In this document: positions 8,285 to 12,594 of the stretch, in pieces | Layout of the letters: every line of letters begins with the position of its first letter | Position numbering within the stretch: the stretch's first letter is position 1 | Source: Trueperaceae bacterium | GTDB taxonomy: Bacteria > Deinococcota > Deinococci > Deinococcales > Trueperaceae | Length of the DNA: 12,594 nt | Reading direction: 5' to 3' | NCBI GenBank assembly: GCA_040905465.1 | Contig: JBBDRK010000015.1 | Location: 27,898-40,491, forward strand | Translations under genes and position numbers: made by a program | Notes under the pieces: model-generated | The model's input: the letters and a program-made list of their open reading frames with translations, nothing else | What the model was told of the DNA's origin: nothing | Database searches by the model: none

Positions 8285-9739
8285 ATGAGACCGGACGGCC
8301 GATCGACCATCGAGGAGCGCTGGCCCTCAGCCGTGAGGCGGGCGCTGCGCAAGATCTGGAACTGGGGCGAGGGCGCGTTCAACCGGGTCGGCTCGCAGGG
8401 CCTGCGGCCCGAGCTGCCCGACGAGGACCTCGAGAAGGTGCGCGTACTGATGGTCGCCTGCACCGAGGAGCGCGGTGGCGCGACGTCTGCCCGCACCAGG
8501 GCCGCCGAGCTGGGTTACGCATACCTGCGGCTCGACCGGCGCGGGCGAGGTCGCTTCCTCAAGCTGCTCACCGAGTCGTTCGACCTCGATGGCACCTCCC
8601 TCGATGAAGCGCTGGACACCTATCTCGCATCCCCCGACGGAGCCAGCTATGCGGCCCTCAGGGAGGCGGGCCAGCCGCCCAGGTTGCAGATATTGAGGAT
8701 GTTGAATTCGCTGCCCGACGGCTTCCGGTTTCTCGTCGATCTGCGCGCGGACCTGTTGGCGCTGCTCGACGAGGAGCCCTCGCTGGCCGTCCTGGACTAC
8801 GACCTGCAGGAGCTCTTCGACGCATGGTTCGACGTCGGGCTGCTGACGCTCGACAGGATCAGCTGGGACTCGCCCGCCTCGCTGCTCGAGAAGCTGGTTG
8901 CATACGAGGCGGTACACGAGATCCGCTCCTGGAGCGATCTCAAGAACCGCCTGGAGGCGGACCGGCGCTGCTACGCGTTCTTCCACCCCAAGATCCCCGG
9001 TGAGCCGCTGATCTTCGTCGAGGTCGCCCTTACCGAGGGAATTCCCGGGAGCGTGCAGGACCTGCTGGACGAGTCGGCTCCGGTGCTCGACCCGGACAGT
9101 GCCGATACCGCCGTCTTCTACTCCATCTCCAATACCCAGAAGGGACTGCGCGGCGTGAGTTTCGGCAGTTTCCTGCTCAAGGAGGTGATGGCCGACCTCT
9201 CGACACGCTTTCCGCGTCTGCGTACCTACGTGACGCTGTCACCGATTCCGGGATTCAGGAAGTGGCTGACCGAAAAGGTAGTCGAGCACGAAGACGTCCT
9301 GTTCGGCTCCGATGAGCGCCGCGAGTTGCTGTCGCTGGCGGCGGAGCACGGCCTCGACGACGGGGTGTCCGGACTGCTGGCACTTCCCGGCTGGCATCAG
9401 GATGATCGAATCCGCGCTGCCCTGGAGCGGCCCTTGATACGCCTCGGGTCCTTTTATCTGACGCGGACCCGCAATCGCCGAGGACTGCCGCTCGATCCAG
9501 TCGGCCGCTTCCACCTCGTCAATGGCGCGCGGGTGGAGCGCCTGGCGTTCCTGGGCGACACCTCGAAGCAGGGGCTCGAGCAGTCGTTCGGCATGATGGT
9601 GAACTACCGCTACGTGCCGGAGCGGATCGAGGAGAACCACGAACGGTTGTTGGGCGAGGATCAAGTCGCCTCGTCAGCGGCAGTCGAGCGGCTCGCCGAG
9701 GAGGCCGAGAAGAACCTGACGCGACAGTTGGCCCGGTGA
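8285..9739 (+). CDS. Malonyl-CoA decarboxylase (MCD/MatA family)
   Basis: YEAVHEIRSWSDLKNRL, DRRCYAFFHP, EPLIFVEVAL, AVFYSISNTQKGLRGVSFG, TLSPIPGF, DPVGRFHLVNGA and GMMVNYRY. Start placed at the ATG at 8285. Confidence 0.95.
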   Translation: MRPDGRSTIEERWPSAVRRALRKIWNWGEGAFNRVGSQGLRPELPDEDLEKVRVLMVACTEERGGATSARTRAAELGYAYLRLDRRGRGRFLKLLTESFDLDGTSLDEALDTYLASPDGASYAALREAGQPPRLQILRMLNSLPDGFRFLVDLRADLLALLDEEPSLAVLDYDLQELFDAWFDVGLLTLDRISWDSPASLLEKLVAYEAVHEIRSWSDLKNRLEADRRCYAFFHPKIPGEPLIFVEVALTEGIPGSVQDLLDESAPVLDPDSADTAVFYSISNTQKGLRGVSFGSFLLKEVMADLSTRFPRLRTYVTLSPIPGFRKWLTEKVVEHEDVLFGSDERRELLSLAAEHGLDDGVSGLLALPGWHQDDRIRAALERPLIRLGSFYLTRTRNRRGLPLDPVGRFHLVNGARVERLAFLGDTSKQGLEQSFGMMVNYRYVPERIEENHERLLGEDQVASSAAVERLAEEAEKNLTRQLAR

Positions 9740-9871
9740 GGCCGACCATCCTGCACACGCCGGCAACGACTGCACTAGCAACTGTCACTACTCGGGTGGG
9801 CTGCTGGGCCCTTTCCGGCTGCCGGCCGGCAGGCTATCCTTTGTTCATCGGGGGCAGCGGATCTACCGATA

Positions 9872-9910
9872 GAGTGAAGGCCGGCACGGGGGCGCCGGCC
9901 TTCCTCGTTT
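9872..9910 (+). terminator. Strong hairpin, probable intrinsic terminator of mcd or of a small RNA
   Basis: GAAGGCCGGC(9876-9885)-ACGGGGGC-GCCGGCCTTC(9894-9903), a perfect 10-bp stem extendable by GAG/CTC. It is followed by only a short GTTT tail. Confidence 0.55.
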
Positions 9911-10105
9911 GGACTTCCGCCCGGTGCGCTGACGTCGTTGCCGGTCGGCTGGAGCCGCTCGGAGTCTCACTCACGGATTCCCAACCCATGGATTCAATAC
10001 CTCGACAGGGTACCGGGCGCCGTGGCGCGCAGTAAGCAACTAGCCCGATCGTTGCGGTCTTCATGCGAACATGAGCAGTGACCCTTTACCGCGAGGAGCA
10101 CTGCC

Positions 10106-10921
10106 ATGGACGCCGACCGCTTCAGCAACCAGCAACACCTGTTGAACGACCAGTACCGCGATTCCCGCAAGCTCGAGGCCCGAGTCGCCCTGCACCAACG
10201 GTTCAGCACCAACCGCCACGGCTGGCATCGCTGGGTCTTCGAGCACCTGCGGGTGCCCGACGGTGGCCGGGTCCTGGAGCTGGGCTGCGGCCCGGGACTG
10301 TTGTGGCGCGATCGACGAGTGCCGGAGAGCTGGAAAGTAACCTTGTCGGACTTCTCGCCGGGCATGCTCGAGCAGGCCCGCGAAAACCTGGCGGCCTACG
10401 ACGGTTTCGACTTCAGGCTGATCGACGCCCAGGAAATACCGACCGACGACGACAGTTTCGACGCGGTTATCGCCAACCACATGCTCTACCACCTGCCCGA
10501 CCGAGAAAGGGCGCTGGCCGAGATCCGGCGGGTGCTGACTCCCGCCGGACGTTTCTACGCCGCGACAAACGGCGCCGAGCATCTCCGAGAGCTCGAGCCT
10601 TTCTACCGGATACTCGACCCCGGGCACCGGCGGATGACCGAACCGTTCAACCTGGAGAACGGCGTCGGTCAATTGTCGAGCCACTTCGCGAGCGTCGAAG
10701 TCGAGCGCTACCCGGACGCCCTGGTAATCACCGAGGCGGAACCACTGGTCGCCTATATCCTCTCCACCCTGACAGCGGTGAACGCTGAGCCGGAAAGGTT
10801 GCCGGTGCTGCGCAGCGCCATAGTCGAAGAGCTTTCCGAACACGGCGCGATCCGGGTGAGCAAGAGCACCGGTCTGTTCCAGGCGCACGGCCTCAGGGGC
10901 GAGCCGGCGGCAGGTTCGTGA
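10106..10921 (+). CDS. Class I SAM-dependent methyltransferase, substrate unknown
   Basis: Motif I VLELGCGPG, LSDFSPGM, IDAQEIP, FDAVIANHMLYHLPD, EIRRVL.P.G; SD GAGGAG at 10093-10098. Confidence 0.92.
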   Translation: MDADRFSNQQHLLNDQYRDSRKLEARVALHQRFSTNRHGWHRWVFEHLRVPDGGRVLELGCGPGLLWRDRRVPESWKVTLSDFSPGMLEQARENLAAYDGFDFRLIDAQEIPTDDDSFDAVIANHMLYHLPDRERALAEIRRVLTPAGRFYAATNGAEHLRELEPFYRILDPGHRRMTEPFNLENGVGQLSSHFASVEVERYPDALVITEAEPLVAYILSTLTAVNAEPERLPVLRSAIVEELSEHGAIRVSKSTGLFQAHGLRGEPAAGS

Positions 10922-11064
10922 TCGCAGGGTCCGCGATTCGCCCGCTTCGTGACCTCCAGGTCCGTGACTGCCCGGTCCGTGATCGTCGGTTCCGAGATCG
11001 CCAGGTCCTTGATCACCATGTCCTTGATCATCGTGTTCGGGAAATCCTGGGCCGTGATAATGTG
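10914..11064. repeat. Degenerate 15-bp tandem array, 10 units, core consensus GTCCGTGATC plus about 5 variable nt
   Basis: GTTCGTGATCGCAGG, GTCCGCGATTCGCCCG (16 nt), CTTCGTGACCTCCAG, GTCCGTGACTGCCCG, GTCCGTGATCGTCGG, TTCCGAGATCGCCAG, GTCCTTGATCACCAT, GTCCTTGATCATCGT, GTTCGGGAAATCCTG, GGCCGTGATAATGTG. Confidence 0.88.
11056..11061 (+). promoter_or_regulatory. Putative -10 box (GATAAT) for a leaderless trp leader transcript
   Basis: GATAAT-N7-ATG(11069), no SD; same geometry as at mcd and the mog-like gene. Confidence 0.5.
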
Positions 11065-11068
11065 GTGC

Positions 11069-11146
11069 ATGCATCTCCGGTCGCGGATACGCACCCCGCG
11101 CAGCTACAAGTGGCACCACCAGCGCTGGTGGACCACGGCCGGCTGA
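11069..11146 (+). CDS. trpL: Putative trp leader peptide [25 protein letters not shown] (25 aa)
   Basis: Three Trp codons, including tandem TGG TGG near the end, in a short ORF ending 148 nt before trpB. An in-frame ATG at 11060 is an alternative start. Confidence 0.8.
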   Translation: MHLRSRIRTPRSYKWHHQRWWTTAG

Positions 11147-11241
11147 CCCTTTCCGGTCCACCGGCTCTCCTTGCGGTGACTCCCGGGCAAACCGGCCGGG
11201 GCCGCGCCGTTCGCACGTAGCACCGGCACGCCGGGTTTCCC
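11116..11241 (+). promoter_or_regulatory. Putative attenuator structures of the trpB leader
   Basis: 11124-11134 (covering the WW codons) pairs with 11155-11165 in 11 bp with one G-U. CACCG at 11159-11163 can instead pair with CGGTG at 11174-11178. Further GC-rich inverted repeats extend to about 11240. Confidence 0.65.
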
Positions 11242-11294
11242 ATCCGGTACCAACTAATACCAGAGACCGAATACATCGATCCTTGGGAGGTTCC

Positions 11295-12548
11295 ATGACC
11301 TTCAACCTTGCCACGCCCGAATTCCCCGCACCGAGCTTCCCCACCCCGGACGCAAGGGGACGCTTCGGTATTTACGGCGGCCGTTACGTTCCGGAAACGC
11401 TGATACCGGCGCTCGACGAGCTCGAGAGCGCATACCGAGAGGCGATGGCCGAACCGGAGTTTCGCGCCAACTTGCAGCACTACCTGAAGACGTACGTGGG
11501 ACGGCCGAGCCTGTTGACCAGGGCCGGCAATCTGGCCGCCGGACTCGGCGGCGCCCGCATCTACCTCAAACGCGAGGACCTCAACCACACCGGCGCCCAC
11601 AAGATCAACAACACCATCGGCCAGGCACTGCTCGCCCGCCGGATGGGCAAACGTCGGGTGATCGCCGAGACCGGGGCCGGCCAGCACGGTGTGGCAACCG
11701 CCACCGCCGCGGCGCTGTTCGACCTCGACTGCATCGTCTACATGGGCGAGGAGGATGTGCGCCGGCAGGCACTGAACGTGTTCCGGATGAAGCTTCTCGG
11801 CGCCGAGGTGCGGCCGGTGGCCAGCGGCACCCGGACGCTCAAGGACGCCACCAACGAGGCGATTCGCGACTGGGTGACCAACGTGCGCGACACCTTCTAC
11901 ATAATCGGCTCGGTGGTCGGCCCCCACCCCTACCCGATGATCGTTCGCGACCTGCAGAGCGTGATCGGCTTCGAAGCGATGGAGCAGTTGCAGCAGCTCG
12001 AAGGGCGCCGCACGCCGGACGCGGTCGTGGCCTGCGTGGGGGGCGGCTCGAACGCGATCGGGCTGTTCGCTCCATACGCCTACCTGCCCGCCGACGAGCG
12101 GCCTCGGCTCATCGGAGTAGAGGCTGCCGGCCACGGCATCGCCAGCGGTTCGCACGCCGCGTCCATCACGTTCGGCAAGCGCGGCGTGCTCCACGGCGCG
12201 CTCATGTACCTGCTCTCAGACGAAAACGGCCAGATCCTGCCGGCACACAGCATCTCGGCCGGGCTCGACTATCCCGGAGTCGGCCCCGAGCACAGTTACC
12301 TAAAGGACCAGGGACTTGCGGAGTATGTTTCGGTCGACGACACCGAAGCGCTGGCCGCCTTCGGCGAGTTGGCTCGCAAGGAAGGGATCATCCCGGCATT
12401 GGAGAGCTCCCACGCCCTTGCCCACGCAGTGAAGCTGGCGCCAGAGTTGGGCTCCGACGCCGTCGTGCTGGTGAGCCTGTCCGGGCGGGGCGACAAGGAC
12501 GTCAACGAGGCGATGCGGCTTCTCGACCGGACCGAGGCGGCGTCGTGA
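11295..12548 (+). CDS. trpB: Tryptophan synthase beta chain
   Basis: [28 protein letters not shown] (PLP lysine), [27 protein letters not shown] and SGRGDKD. ATG at 11295 with SD GGGAGG at 11285-11290. Confidence 0.98.
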   Translation: MTFNLATPEFPAPSFPTPDARGRFGIYGGRYVPETLIPALDELESAYREAMAEPEFRANLQHYLKTYVGRPSLLTRAGNLAAGLGGARIYLKREDLNHTGAHKINNTIGQALLARRMGKRRVIAETGAGQHGVATATAAALFDLDCIVYMGEEDVRRQALNVFRMKLLGAEVRPVASGTRTLKDATNEAIRDWVTNVRDTFYIIGSVVGPHPYPMIVRDLQSVIGFEAMEQLQQLEGRRTPDAVVACVGGGSNAIGLFAPYAYLPADERPRLIGVEAAGHGIASGSHAASITFGKRGVLHGALMYLLSDENGQILPAHSISAGLDYPGVGPEHSYLKDQGLAEYVSVDDTEALAAFGELARKEGIIPALESSHALAHAVKLAPELGSDAVVLVSLSGRGDKDVNEAMRLLDRTEAAS

Positions 12549-12563
12549 GGCTCGTCGGAGCAA

Positions 12564-12594
12564 GTGTCCGGTTCTGTGCCGGGTTCTGTGCCGG
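12564..12594. repeat. Start of a 12-bp tandem array running off the right window edge
   Basis: GTGTCCGGTTCT, GTGCCGGGTTCT, then GTGCCGG (truncated). Confidence 0.75.

Noticed and set aside
9760-9944. 6S RNA (similar length and closing stem)
   Set aside because: The interior is multibranched rather than a rod with a central bubble. Kept only as a generic ncRNA candidate.
9736-10064. ORFs 9736..10035 (+) and 9834..10064 (-) as real genes
   Set aside because: No recognisable motifs or SD, and both cross strong hairpins. Likely spurious.
10089-10130. SAH riboswitch (CGAGGAGCACTGC resembles the GAGGAGCGCUGC core)
   Set aside because: The downstream elements (AGGCUC-like and AACGGCGCUC-like) are absent, and the match is explained by the SD sequence.
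10914-11064. CRISPR array (repeat plus variable spacer appearance)
   Set aside because: The ~10-nt core and ~5-nt variable part are far too short, the cores are degenerate, and no cas genes are present.
10061-12194. Long minus-strand ORFs 10061..11344 (with D-H/Q-G-P-G-like repeats) and 11028..12194
   Set aside because: Mostly antisense to the methyltransferase and trpB. The repeats are just another frame of the 15-bp array.

Overview
GC-rich bacterial chromosomal segment of mostly housekeeping genes. The lineage is probably Deinococcota (Trueperaceae-like); this is inferred from the Lgt and CarA sequence style and several apparently leaderless promoters, not from a search. Minus-strand block, read right to left: a degenerate MogA/MoaB-family gene, a DUF456 membrane protein, lgt, a C-terminally truncated glmU and carA. 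Plus-strand block: sucC-sucD (both with insertions), xpt, gluQ, malonyl-CoA decarboxylase, a class I SAM methyltransferase and trpB. The most notable signals are not in the ORF track: (1) a Trp-rich leader peptide with mutually exclusive hairpins in front of trpB; (2) a 10-unit, 15-bp degenerate array running from the methyltransferase stop codon to the trp-leader -10 box; (3) drifting 12-bp arrays at gene junctions at both window ends; (4) a structured ~185-nt intergenic element after mcd; (5) a GlmU lacking its acetyltransferase domain. I saw no mobile element, CRISPR array, tRNA or rRNA.
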